Assembly: GCA_021792095.1 (NCBI GenBank)
Contig: JAJYVH010000001.1
Span: forward strand, 125,974-189,973
Source of the DNA: Candidatus Micrarchaeota archaeon
GTDB lineage: Archaea; Micrarchaeota; Micrarchaeia; Micrarchaeales; CABMGC01
Reading direction: 5' to 3'
DNA: 64,000 bases
This document shows, one piece after another, positions 1 through 8,936 of the stretch. The first letter of the stretch is position 1; each line of letters begins with the position of its first letter. The notes beneath the pieces were generated by a model. That model saw only the letters and a list, made by a program, of their open reading frames with translations. It ran no database searches and was not told the DNA's origin. The position numbers and the translations under genes were made by a program.

Positions 1-663
1 CAAGGATATATAACTACCCTAAATGCAGAAAATAACCTTCCGGCTTACACATTAAGCTTCTGGCTCTATCCGACCAGCAGCTCAGAATCCATTTTCCAGA
101 GCTACACTAGCATACCTGGCGCTGCACCTGCCTGTCCTTTTTACTATATAGTAACTAATCCAGTTCATATAGGGTCATGGAACCTGAACTACGCAGGCAA
201 CTGGTACAACTCGTTCACCAGCAACTCAGTAAATTTGAACACTTGGAGCATGCTTACAGTTACGCTTAGCGGGGGCGGACTTGGTACAGGCACCATAACA
301 GTATACATAAACGGTGCGGCTGTGGATACCCTTTCCGCGCAGGAAGTAGCATCGGCAGGATACGGTCCGGATCCGGGTTCAATAATAGGGGTAGGAGGTT
401 CGGGATGCCCTGGCACCGTCGAAGGCGGAGGATTCCAAGGCAACATTGCAAACTTTCAAGCCTACAATACCTCCCTCTCAGCCAACGAAATACAAGCCCT
501 CTACCTTGAGGGCATCGGCGGCGCGCCAATAAAGCTTCAGAATCTTGTTGGATGGTGGCCGCTGAACGGCAACGCCAACGACTACAGCGGCAACGAGAAC
601 AACGGCGTACCCACCAACGTCGTGTACACGAGCAGCTGGACAAATGGTTATACTGCACCTTAA
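1..663 (+). CDS. LamG-like (ConA lectin/glucanase fold) surface protein, 5'-truncated by the window edge; paralog of 34452..35357
   Basis: Frame 1 is open from base 1 (QGYITTLNAENNLPAYTLSFWLYP...). LamG-type motifs TLSFWLY, WSMLTVT, VYING and FQGNIANFQAYNTSLS; C-terminal ALYLEGIGGAP..LQNLVGWWPLNG is shared with the gene at 34452. Confidence 0.85.
   Translation, partial: QGYITTLNAENNLPAYTLSFWLYPTSSSESIFQSYTSIPGAAPACPFYYIVTNPVHIGSWNLNYAGNWYNSFTSNSVNLNTWSMLTVTLSGGGLGTGTITVYINGAAVDTLSAQEVASAGYGPDPGSIIGVGGSGCPGTVEGGGFQGNIANFQAYNTSLSANEIQALYLEGIGGAPIKLQNLVGWWPLNGNANDYSGNENNGVPTNVVYTSSWTNGYTAP
589..633. repeat. 45-bp segment 44/45 identical (inverted orientation) to 34482..34526
   Basis: ggcaacgagaacaacggcgt(a/g)cccaccaacgtcgtgtacacgagc in both LamG gene 3' ends. 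Confidence 0.9.
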
Positions 664-838
664 GGACTGCAGGCCGTGCGCCGGAAGCCTGAACAACGAG
701 GGCTCGCAGGCTGCGAAGCTGGTGGGCAGCGCATTGGCCACTCTGCAACCGTAAGCATTACTTGTATCATGATGCACAATATCTGTGCTTTTTGTGCACT
801 ACGATAATAGTGGCGCTGAGGTTGACTACAGTGCGCGA

Positions 839-1870
839 TTAGAGCATGCCGAGGCCGAAGCCGCCCTCCTGCTCCGGCTCCTTGCCCGTAACCGAGGCGC
901 CTCCGACTCCTGTGAATATGCCTATTATCTCGACCTTGCCCATGTAGTTGGGGTCGAGCCTGGCGCCCCACGTGACGTTGGCGTTGCTTGCTATCCTGTC
1001 CGTGAGCTTCGTGGCTATCTCGTTGGCCTCACCAAGCGTGAGGTCTGGGCCGCCTATTATGTGCATGAGCACGCCGCTCGCCTTCGAGTAGTCCACGTCG
1101 AGCAGCTTGTTCCTGAGCGTCGAGTTCACCGCATCGTCCACCTTGTTGGAGCCCTGGCCCGTGCCCACGCTTATCATGGCGAGGCCGCCGGCCTGCATTA
1201 TGTTGCGCACGTCGGCGAAATCCAGGTTTATGAGGCTGGGCTGCGTTATAGTCTCGGTTATGCCGCGCACCGCCTTGGCCGTTATCTCGTCCGCGAGGGC
1301 GAACGTCTTCTCTATCGGCAGGTTGGGGTAGAGCTCGACGAGCCTCTGGTTGTCTATTACCACAACTGTATCCACGTTCTGCTTCAGCCTCTCCAGGCCC
1401 TTCCTCGCAGTGTCGAGCCTGACGCGCTCCAGCGAGAACGGGAGCGTGACTATGCCTATCACTATCGCGCCGGTCTCCTTGGCCACCCTCGCCACCACGG
1501 GCATGGCGCCAGTGCCGGTGCCGCCTCCCATCCCGGCGGTCATGAATATAAGGTTGGCGTCCTTGAGCAGGAACTCTATCTCGTTCCTCGATAGCTCCGC
1601 AGATTTCTCGCCTATCTCGGGGAAGCCGCCCGCACCCAGGCCGTGGGTGAGCTCCTTGCCCAGCATCAGCTTCGTTATCGCCGGGTTCAGGGTGCCCAGC
1701 TGCTTTGCGTCCGTGTTGAAGGCAAGCAGGCCAGCGCCCTTTATGTCCATGGTGCTCAGCCGCTGCACTGTGTTGTTGCCGCTCCCGCCAACGCCCACCA
1801 CCATTATCTTGGGCTTGAAGAATTCAGACTCCTGAGACGCGCCTTCCTGTGAGACCATATCGTCGAACAT
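839..1870 (-). CDS. ftsZ: Cell division protein FtsZ
   Basis: VGVGGSGNN, NTD, GLGAGG, tubulin signature GMGGGTGTG, INLDFADV. Confidence 0.98.
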   Translation of the reverse strand: MFDDMVSQEGASQESEFFKPKIMVVGVGGSGNNTVQRLSTMDIKGAGLLAFNTDAKQLGTLNPAITKLMLGKELTHGLGAGGFPEIGEKSAELSRNEIEFLLKDANLIFMTAGMGGGTGTGAMPVVARVAKETGAIVIGIVTLPFSLERVRLDTARKGLERLKQNVDTVVVIDNQRLVELYPNLPIEKTFALADEITAKAVRGITETITQPSLINLDFADVRNIMQAGGLAMISVGTGQGSNKVDDAVNSTLRNKLLDVDYSKASGVLMHIIGGPDLTLGEANEIATKLTDRIASNANVTWGARLDPNYMGKVEIIGIFTGVGGASVTGKEPEQEGGFGLGML

Positions 1871-2041
1871 GCCATCAGGGATATAGACAGGCGCAAAGAT
1901 AAAAGGTTTGCTAGTCCGCGCTTGTTCTATCCTGCCTTATTGCGAGGCGCCATGCGCTGCTCTGCCCTTTGGCTTCGCGGCCCTCGCGGACCAGGCCGCG
2001 AACCCGGAAGAGTTTAATAAAACAGCACGCCAATCCTGCAT

Positions 2042-3775
2042 GTGATAAACCAGAAGCTCGCCGAGATACTCGGCGAGATCGCGGACATGCTGGAGCTCGA
2101 GGGCGAGAAGTACAGCAGGTTCGAGGTGCTGGCCTACAGGAAGGCGGCGATAACGATAGGTGGGCTGCAGGAGGACGCGGGGGAGATATACAGGAAGGGC
2201 GGCGTAGGGGCGCTGATGGAGCTGCCCGGCATAGGGAAATCGATAGCGGGGCACATCGAGGAGTACGTGAAGACGGGCAGGATAGCCAAGTATGACAGGC
2301 TGAAGAAGAAGTACAAGCTCGACATCGCGGGCCTGACGAAGATACAGGGCATGGGCGCCAAGAAGGCATTCAAGCTGTACGAGAAGCTGGGAATAAGGAA
2401 CGTGCAGGACCTCAAGAAGGCCCTGGCGCAGCACAGGATAAGGGACCTGGAGGGCTTCGGGGAGCAGAGCGAGGCGCAGATACAGAAGGGCATCGACTTC
2501 CTGGAGCAGAGCGGCGGGCGGATGCTGCTCGGCGCAGCGCTGCCCGAGGCCGAATCCATAAGGGACAAGCTGCTCGCTTCGGGGCTCGTTGACAAGGCGA
2601 TGATCTGCGGCTCTACGCGCAGGATGCGCGAGACCGTAGGCGACCTCGACATACTGCTGCAGTCGGACAGGGGCGAGGCGGTGATGGACTACATAACTAG
2701 GATGCAGGAGGTGGAGAGCACAATAGCCAAGGGCCCGACGAAGACCAGCGTCAGGCTCGCCATAGGGCTGAACTGCGACTTCAGGCTGGTCGAGCGCTCC
2801 AGCTTCGGCGCAGCGGTGCAGTACTTCACCGGCAGCAAGGACCACAACGTCAGGCTCAGGGAGATAGCGATACGTAAAGGCTACAAGCTGAACGAGTACG
2901 GACTGTTCGACAGGCGCGGCAGGAATGCTGTCGCAGGGAAGGGCGAGGAGGACATATACGCTGCGCTCGGCATGGACTGCATGGAGCCGGAGATGCGTGA
3001 ATGCAGGGGCGAGATAGAGCTCGCGCAGCGCCACGAGCTGCCCAGGCTGGTGCAGCTCGGCGACGTGGCCGGAGACCTGCACGTGCACAGCAGGAACAGC
3101 GGGGACAGCTCCAACTCCCTTGAGGACATAGCGGCAGGGATGAAGCTGCTCGGGAGGGACTACGCGGGCATAACGGACCACAGCAAGAGCGAGTACATGA
3201 ACGGGGGCCTGGACGAGAAGGGCTACGCGAGGGTGTTCGCTGAGATAGACAGGGCCAACGACAGGCTCGACGGCTTCAGGCTGCTGAAGAGCGGGGAGGT
3301 GGACATACTCAAGGACGGCACGCTCGACATAAGCAGGAAGACCTTCGGCGAGATGGACTACGTGCTCGCCGCGGTGCACAGCGGCCTCAGGGACCCGAAG
3401 GAGAAGATGACCAAACGCATCGTTGACGCGCTGGGCAGCGGCCAGGTTAGCGTGCTCGGGCATCCGACGGGCAGGCTGATAAACGAGAGGGAGCCGCTGC
3501 AGGCCGACATGGACAAGGTCTTCGAGGCGGCGAAGGACAACAACGTGGTCATGGAGATAAACGCCCAGCCGTCCAGGCTCGACCTCAACGACGAGAACGT
3601 GCTGAAGGCCAGGAAGTACGGGCTCAAGTTCGCGATAGACACCGACGCGCACCGCATATCGCACTTCCAGTACATGCGCTACGGCGTGGGGATGGCGAAG
3701 CGGGGCTGGCTCAGCAGGGAGGACATCATAAACACGTACGACGCCAAGCGCGTCCTCAAGCTTTTGGGGAGGTAG
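2042..3775 (+). CDS. polX: DNA polymerase X family with PHP domain
   Basis: HhH motif LPGIGKSIA, GSTRR..ETVGDLDIL (DxD), YFTGSKDHN, PHP motifs DLHVHS, ITDHS, HPTGR, DTDAH. Confidence 0.96.
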   Translation: MINQKLAEILGEIADMLELEGEKYSRFEVLAYRKAAITIGGLQEDAGEIYRKGGVGALMELPGIGKSIAGHIEEYVKTGRIAKYDRLKKKYKLDIAGLTKIQGMGAKKAFKLYEKLGIRNVQDLKKALAQHRIRDLEGFGEQSEAQIQKGIDFLEQSGGRMLLGAALPEAESIRDKLLASGLVDKAMICGSTRRMRETVGDLDILLQSDRGEAVMDYITRMQEVESTIAKGPTKTSVRLAIGLNCDFRLVERSSFGAAVQYFTGSKDHNVRLREIAIRKGYKLNEYGLFDRRGRNAVAGKGEEDIYAALGMDCMEPEMRECRGEIELAQRHELPRLVQLGDVAGDLHVHSRNSGDSSNSLEDIAAGMKLLGRDYAGITDHSKSEYMNGGLDEKGYARVFAEIDRANDRLDGFRLLKSGEVDILKDGTLDISRKTFGEMDYVLAAVHSGLRDPKEKMTKRIVDALGSGQVSVLGHPTGRLINEREPLQADMDKVFEAAKDNNVVMEINAQPSRLDLNDENVLKARKYGLKFAIDTDAHRISHFQYMRYGVGMAKRGWLSREDIINTYDAKRVLKLLGR

Positions 3776-3776
3776 C

Positions 3777-5222
3777 CTAGTGCGCGCCGCGCTGCCGGGC
3801 CTGCCGCCCTGCATGCGTCTGCCTCTGCTCCTTGCCGCGGGCCGCGGAGAGTATGCCTGCGACCACGAGTATCACGAGCGCAACTGCGAACGCCACGTGT
3901 ATGCCGTCCAGGAAGCCGGCCGAAAGCCCGCCTATGAGCTTAGACGTGCCAACGAAAACGCCGAAGGCAGTGCTTCTCGGCACAGCCATGGTGGCCGCTG
4001 TTATGGCTATCACGAAGCTGCCGAGAGTGCCTATGCTTGACATGAACCTCAGCACGCCGGATATGCTGCCGTAGTGCCCGGGCTCCGCATTAGACATCAC
4101 CGCGCTGTTGTTGGCCGGCCAGAACATTGAGCCGCCGAAGCCGGAGAGTATTGACGCGAAAACTATCACGTAGAGCGAGGTAGTTGCGTTTATCGTCAGG
4201 TACACGAGCACAGCCGCGATGAGGAACGCTATGCCAGTTGTGGCGATGACCCTGGCGCCGAACCTGTCGGACAGCCTCCCCATGAAGGGCGACGTGAAGC
4301 TGCTTATCACGTATCCGGGCACAAGGACAAGCGAAGCAGTGAACGGGTCCAGGCCCCTTATGCCCTGCAGGTAGAGTATGACCACGAAGGCCACGGAGAG
4401 GAAGCCTAGCGCCTGGAAGAAGGACGCGAATATGCTCGCGCTCAGGACCCTGTTCGCGAACGCGCGCATGTTAAGCATCGGCGAGCTGGAGCGCTTCTCC
4501 CACGCGATGAATGCGAGCACGAGCAGCGCGCCCGCCACCACGAGCGCGATGTTGAGCGGCGCAGCCCCTTCGGAAGCGAAATCTACGGCGCCGTACGAAA
4601 GCGAGGCGAGCGCCACAGCGAACAGCACCATTCCTGCGAGGTCGAGCCTCGCCTGCACCCTCGGGTTGTCGCGCAGGTACTTCATGCCGAGGAACAGCGC
4701 CACCACGCCTATGGGCACGTTTATGTAGAAGATGTACTGCCAGCCAAGGAAAGTGGTGAGCACCCCGCCGAGCACTATGCCCAGCATGGCTCCCATGTTC
4801 CAGCCCATGCCCGTGTATCCGTAGGCCCTGCCCCGCCTGCCTACCTCGAACGTGTCCGCTATGATGGCGCCCGACGTAGCGGTGAGGAACGCGCCGCCTA
4901 CCGCCTGCACCGCCCTGAAGCCGATGAGCATGCCGGCGCTAGTGGACAGGCCGCAGAGCGCGGAGCCTACTGTGAACACGAGGAAGCCGAAGTTGAACAT
5001 CCTGCTCCTGCCGAAGAGGTCGCCGAGCCTGCCGAACTGCGTGGTCACTACCGTGAGCACCAGCAGATAGATGAGTATGGTCCAGATTGTGGCCGCGAGG
5101 TTGGAGCCGAGCGCCTGCGTTATGTCGGGCAGGGCGAGCAGCACTATAGTGGTGTCTATCGCGCCCATCAGCGTGCCGAGTATTATTATGCCTAGTACGA
5201 TGCGTTCGTGCTCCATGCGCAA
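3777..5222 (-). CDS. MFS transporter, DHA2/EmrB-like (14 TM)
   Basis: DTTIVLLALP motif D, GRLGDLFGR motif A, GFRAVQAVG, INVPIG. Confidence 0.93.
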   Translation of the reverse strand: MRMEHERIVLGIIILGTLMGAIDTTIVLLALPDITQALGSNLAATIWTILIYLLVLTVVTTQFGRLGDLFGRSRMFNFGFLVFTVGSALCGLSTSAGMLIGFRAVQAVGGAFLTATSGAIIADTFEVGRRGRAYGYTGMGWNMGAMLGIVLGGVLTTFLGWQYIFYINVPIGVVALFLGMKYLRDNPRVQARLDLAGMVLFAVALASLSYGAVDFASEGAAPLNIALVVAGALLVLAFIAWEKRSSSPMLNMRAFANRVLSASIFASFFQALGFLSVAFVVILYLQGIRGLDPFTASLVLVPGYVISSFTSPFMGRLSDRFGARVIATTGIAFLIAAVLVYLTINATTSLYVIVFASILSGFGGSMFWPANNSAVMSNAEPGHYGSISGVLRFMSSIGTLGSFVIAITAATMAVPRSTAFGVFVGTSKLIGGLSAGFLDGIHVAFAVALVILVVAGILSAARGKEQRQTHAGRQARQRGAH

Positions 5223-5241
5223 CAGACCGCCATTGCCCTGC

Positions 5242-6507
5242 TCAGTACCAGCCCCTGGCTTTCATCGCGGCAGCGACCCTGCCGACCGCGATCACGTACG
5301 CCGCAGTCCTCGGGCTTATCTTCTTGCCCGAGTTCGCGTACTTCAGCTGCGTAGATACAACGTCAGCGAACGACTTGGACATTATGCTCGACAGCCTGCT
5401 GTACACCTCGTCCTGCGTCCAGTAGTAGCCTGCCTTGTTCTGGACCCACTCGAAGTACGAGACCACAACGCCCCCTGAGTTCACCAGGAAGTCGGGGAGG
5501 TCGGGTATGCCGCGCTCGAGCAGTATGGAGTCGGCCTCCGGGGTCACCGGGCCGTTGGCCAGCTCGAGCACCAGCCTTGCCTTTATCCTGTCCGCATTGC
5601 TGCCCGTTATCTGGTTCTCCAGCGCCGCAGGGATAAGCACGTCTGCGTCCAGCTCCAGCAGCTTCTCGTTCGTGATCTTCTCGCCGCCGGAGTAGTTGGC
5701 AACGCTGCCCGTCTTCTCCTTCGTCTCCTTCAGCCTGGCGAAATCGAGGCCGTTGGGATCGTAGACGCCGCCCCTGGAGTCGCTTATGGCCACCACCTTA
5801 GCCCCGAGCTTCTGCGCCAGCTCGAACGCGTACGAGCCAGCGTTGCCGAAGCCCTGTATCGCTATCCTGGAGCCCTTGATGCTCATCTTGTAGTAGTTGG
5901 CGGCTTCGCGGAGCACGTCCATGCCCCCCTGCGCCGTCGCGTCGAACCTGCCCTCTGAGCCCCACACCTCCAGCGGCTTGCCTGTTATCATGCCGAAGTC
6001 GTCGTTGCTGCCCACCAGCTTCGAATGCTCATCCATCATCCACGCCATTATCTGCGGCGTGGTGTAGACGTCCGGCGCGGGCACATCGAGGTCCACGCCC
6101 ACGAACCTGCCCATCGACCTGATGTAGCTCCTCGAAAGGCTCTCCAGCTCCGACCCGTCCATCGACTTGGTGTCGCAGATCACGCCCCCCTTCGCCCCGC
6201 CGAGCGGTATGTTGGCTAGCGCGGTCTTCCACGTCATCCACGCGGCCAGGGCCTTCACCGTGCTGAGGCTCTCCTGCGGGTGGAACCTTATGCCGCCCTT
6301 GCCGGGCCCGCGGGCGCTGTTGTAGAGCACCCTGAAGCCCGTGAACGCCCTTACCTTACCGTCGCGCATCCTGACAGGGATGTTGGCCTGCACAGTCTGC
6401 ATCGGCTCCCTAAGTATCGCGTGGGCCTGCTCGTCGAGCCCCATCACCTGCGCAGCCGTATCCAGCTGCTCCTGCGCTATACTGAAAGGATCCAGTTCTT
6501 CGCTCAT
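5242..6507 (-). CDS. gdhA: Glutamate dehydrogenase
   Basis: GPGKGGIRF, MTWK, GGAKGG, DVPAPD, QGFGNAG, ELANGP, SYFEWVQN. Confidence 0.97.
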   Translation of the reverse strand: MSEELDPFSIAQEQLDTAAQVMGLDEQAHAILREPMQTVQANIPVRMRDGKVRAFTGFRVLYNSARGPGKGGIRFHPQESLSTVKALAAWMTWKTALANIPLGGAKGGVICDTKSMDGSELESLSRSYIRSMGRFVGVDLDVPAPDVYTTPQIMAWMMDEHSKLVGSNDDFGMITGKPLEVWGSEGRFDATAQGGMDVLREAANYYKMSIKGSRIAIQGFGNAGSYAFELAQKLGAKVVAISDSRGGVYDPNGLDFARLKETKEKTGSVANYSGGEKITNEKLLELDADVLIPAALENQITGSNADRIKARLVLELANGPVTPEADSILLERGIPDLPDFLVNSGGVVVSYFEWVQNKAGYYWTQDEVYSRLSSIMSKSFADVVSTQLKYANSGKKISPRTAAYVIAVGRVAAAMKARGWY

Positions 6508-6520
6508 ACACTCACTAACG

Positions 6521-6838
6521 TTAGAATGCGGGATAGGAAACCAGGCGTTCGCAGAGCTCGTCTATGGCCTTGTCTGTCTGCTGCCTGCTGTAGCCGGACG
6601 CTATGCCCTTGACTATGGAATCGGCGAGCCTGTGCTTGGCTATGTATGCCTTCGCGCTCGCTATCCGCTTCGAGTACCTGCCGCGCAGGTACTTGCTCAC
6701 CGCCACCTGCACCACTCCGAGCTTGGCCGCTATCTCCTCCTGGTTGTAGCCGAAATCTGAGTGCATCGCCTCGGCCACTGATGCCCTTACCGCAGGCAGC
6801 ATCACGCGCACTATGCCCTTGCACTCCAGCGTCTCCAT
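6521..6838 (-). CDS. Archaeal HTH transcriptional regulator
   Basis: CxxxV..LPAVR N-terminus and HTH segment NQEEIAAKLGVVQVAVSKYL; lies directly upstream of gdhA. Confidence 0.85.
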   Translation of the reverse strand: METLECKGIVRVMLPAVRASVAEAMHSDFGYNQEEIAAKLGVVQVAVSKYLRGRYSKRIASAKAYIAKHRLADSIVKGIASGYSRQQTDKAIDELCERLVSYPAF

Positions 6839-6892
6839 GGCTTACACTTGCCCCTCAACATATTTATAACTGGATTCTATAGCTCGGGATGG

Positions 6893-7462
6893 CTACACTA
6901 TGCCCAGATAGTCCTTCAGCTTGCCCACCACTCCGCTGCGCGGCTTCTGCGGCATCTGCGCCTCGCCCTGCTGCTCCCTCTCCTGCCTCTTTGCCTGGCC
7001 GCCCTGCGCGAAAGCCTTCTGCGCCTTCTGGTCCGGGACCGGCTTGACGCTGAGCCTCTCCTGCGCCTTGGGCTGCTGCCTGGCCATGTCCCCTATCCTC
7101 TTGAACACTCCCGAGCCAGATATCGCTATCGACAGTATCTCGTCGAGCTGGCCCCTTTCCATCTCCTTCACGACCACAGCGTTGGCCGCGTTGCGCCTCG
7201 CGAGCTGGGCCTCCTCCGCTGTGTTGCAGACCGCGGCCACCACGCCCTCCTTCTTGTTCAGCGCTATCGAGACGGCCACCGGGTCCTTGGCCACCACCAC
7301 TACCATCGCGTACGAGCCGGACGCGAGCTGGGCCGCAGCCGCTTCCGCGAGCTCCTGCGGAGCCGAAGCCGCTTCCTTGGCAGTGACGCTGTGCTGGCCC
7401 TCCAGCAGGCTGACTATGTCGTCCACACCTCCGGGCACGTTGCTGAGCACAAGCACTTTCAT
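6893..7462 (-). CDS. RpiB/LacAB-like protein, catalytically degenerate, with Q/K-rich tail
   Basis: SIALNK.EGV.AAVC....AQLAR..NAANAV resembles RpiB, but DHAG and CGTGxG are absent; start taken at MKVLVLSN (ATG 7462). Confidence 0.6.
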   Translation of the reverse strand: MKVLVLSNVPGGVDDIVSLLEGQHSVTAKEAASAPQELAEAAAAQLASGSYAMVVVVAKDPVAVSIALNKKEGVVAAVCNTAEEAQLARRNAANAVVVKEMERGQLDEILSIAISGSGVFKRIGDMARQQPKAQERLSVKPVPDQKAQKAFAQGGQAKRQEREQQGEAQMPQKPRSGVVGKLKDYLGIV

Positions 7463-7479
7463 GAGATTCCCGAGCGAAA

Positions 7480-7761
7480 TTGGGTAGCGAAGGTATAAGA
7501 TATTATGCTGGCATAAAAGCATGTGGTGCTAGATTGAGAGGAAGAGAGATAGCAGTTACGTGCGATTCGTGCGGGAGGAAGGTGCCAAGGAACAAGGCAG
7601 TGGTGTACGAGAAGGCCGTGCGGTTCAGCACTGACATGCACACGGCCAACGACGTGAAGTTCTTCGCAAGGAAGAAGATCTATTACTGCATAAGCTGCGC
7701 GAAGCACAGGGGTATATTCGAGAGGAAGCGCGAGGAGGCCGCCAGGGCCCGGCGCTTCTGA
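7480..7761 (+). CDS. rps26e: 30S ribosomal protein S26e (likely start TTG ~7534)
   Basis: RGRE..V.CDSCGRKVPRNKAV...YYCISCAKHRGI zinc-ribbon pattern of eS26. Confidence 0.9.
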   Translation: MGSEGIRYYAGIKACGARLRGREIAVTCDSCGRKVPRNKAVVYEKAVRFSTDMHTANDVKFFARKKIYYCISCAKHRGIFERKREEAARARRF

Positions 7762-7767
7762 GCCGGT

Positions 7768-8604
7768 GTGCGTTTGCCAGTCGACCCCAACGACATACTG
7801 ATTTTCAAGATGCGCGGCGCAAAAGCGCAGAAAAAGCAGCGAGCTCCAGCCCTGGCCGCAAAGGGCTGGGCCGAGCCCGCCGTGCAGGCGGCGAAGGGGC
7901 CGGCGGCGCAGACCGCAAGGCAGGAGAACAGGCCCGTCTTCGCTCCGAGGCCAGAGGCCACCAAACCTTGGGTTGCTGCGCCAGCTCCGGTAGCGGAGCC
8001 TGAACCTGTTCCGGAGCAGGTGCAGATACCGGAGATGCCGGTCCAGCAGGAAACGCCGCTCAGCGAGGACGAGGAGGAGAGGCTGCGCGAGATACAGAAC
8101 CTCGAGGACATGGCGCTGTACGCCGCGCCAGTCGGCGGGCTCCAGACAGGCAGCTTGCGCCCGAACACGCTCATCCAGCTGGCCGGGGCGCTGTTCATAG
8201 CCAACGCAGTGCTCTTCGCCTACTTCATACTGCCCCAGTCGTCGTTCGTGCTCGGCTACGCGTCGAGCATAGGCATGGGCGCATTCCTCGCATCCTTGAA
8301 CTACCAGTACGGCTCCACGCTCGTCAACATCGCCCTAGTGGTCATCAGCGCAGCCAGCGGGGTGCTTATACTGGCTAACCTAAGGAGGAGCCACCTGCTT
8401 GGCGGCACAGCCGGAGCTATGCTGCTGCTGATACTTAGCTACGAATACCTGAACAGCAGCGCGCCGTACCTGCTGCTCGTAACCATATTCTCGTTCGTGA
8501 GCATCGCGGCGCTCGTCTATGCCAGGATGAGCGCTGTTGTGGCGGCCGAGGGCGAAACGCAGGCTGCGGTGCAGATAAACTGGCCAAGGATAGAGACGTT
8601 CTGA
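7768..8604 (+). CDS. Hypothetical membrane protein (P/A/E-rich N-terminus, ~4 C-terminal TM segments)
   Basis: Long ORF with host-like codon usage and hydrophobic C-terminal helices. Confidence 0.75.
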   Translation: MRLPVDPNDILIFKMRGAKAQKKQRAPALAAKGWAEPAVQAAKGPAAQTARQENRPVFAPRPEATKPWVAAPAPVAEPEPVPEQVQIPEMPVQQETPLSEDEEERLREIQNLEDMALYAAPVGGLQTGSLRPNTLIQLAGALFIANAVLFAYFILPQSSFVLGYASSIGMGAFLASLNYQYGSTLVNIALVVISAASGVLILANLRRSHLLGGTAGAMLLLILSYEYLNSSAPYLLLVTIFSFVSIAALVYARMSAVVAAEGETQAAVQINWPRIETF

Positions 8605-8623
8605 AAAGCGTGGGCCCGCGGGC

Positions 8624-8887
8624 TCACTTCCTGCTGCGCTTCTTGCGCTGCATCTTCCTCTTTTGGGCGCGGGGCCCGGGCACGGAGCCCTGCTGCATCC
8701 TTTCGCTCCTTCCCCCTTCGTCGAGCAGCTCGGCCACGTGCGATTCGTCGGTGGGCCTGCTCTCGCCCGCGCTGTCCAGTATGGCCTGGCTCTGCATGCC
8801 GCCCAGCTTCAGCATCTCCCTGAGCCTCTGCATGCGCCTCAGCGCCTCGAGCTTCTTGCTCGCAGACTGCTTAACCTTGCCTGCCAT
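8624..8887 (-). CDS. Small basic hypothetical protein
   Basis: ATG at 8887 (MAGKVKQSASKK...) fills the gap between convergent and divergent neighbours; K/R-rich C-terminus. Confidence 0.6.
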   Translation of the reverse strand: MAGKVKQSASKKLEALRRMQRLREMLKLGGMQSQAILDSAGESRPTDESHVAELLDEGGRSERMQQGSVPGPRAQKRKMQRKKRSRK

Positions 8888-8936
8888 CCTGATCGGGCTT
8901 AAATAGTTGTAGCAGCAATGTTTAAATTCCAACCGC

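Noticed and set aside
664-750. Possible integron attC site or tRNA downstream of the LamG gene
   Set aside because: No RYYYAAC...GTTRRRY boxes, no cloverleaf or T-loop, no equivalent hairpin after the second LamG gene, and no integrase in the window.
1937-3814. Long antisense ORFs (also 28346..29983, 31583..33019, 58896..60296, 60576..61874 and others)
   Set aside because: They lie opposite well-supported genes and have the H/V/L/R-rich composition typical of reverse-frame shadows at high GC3.
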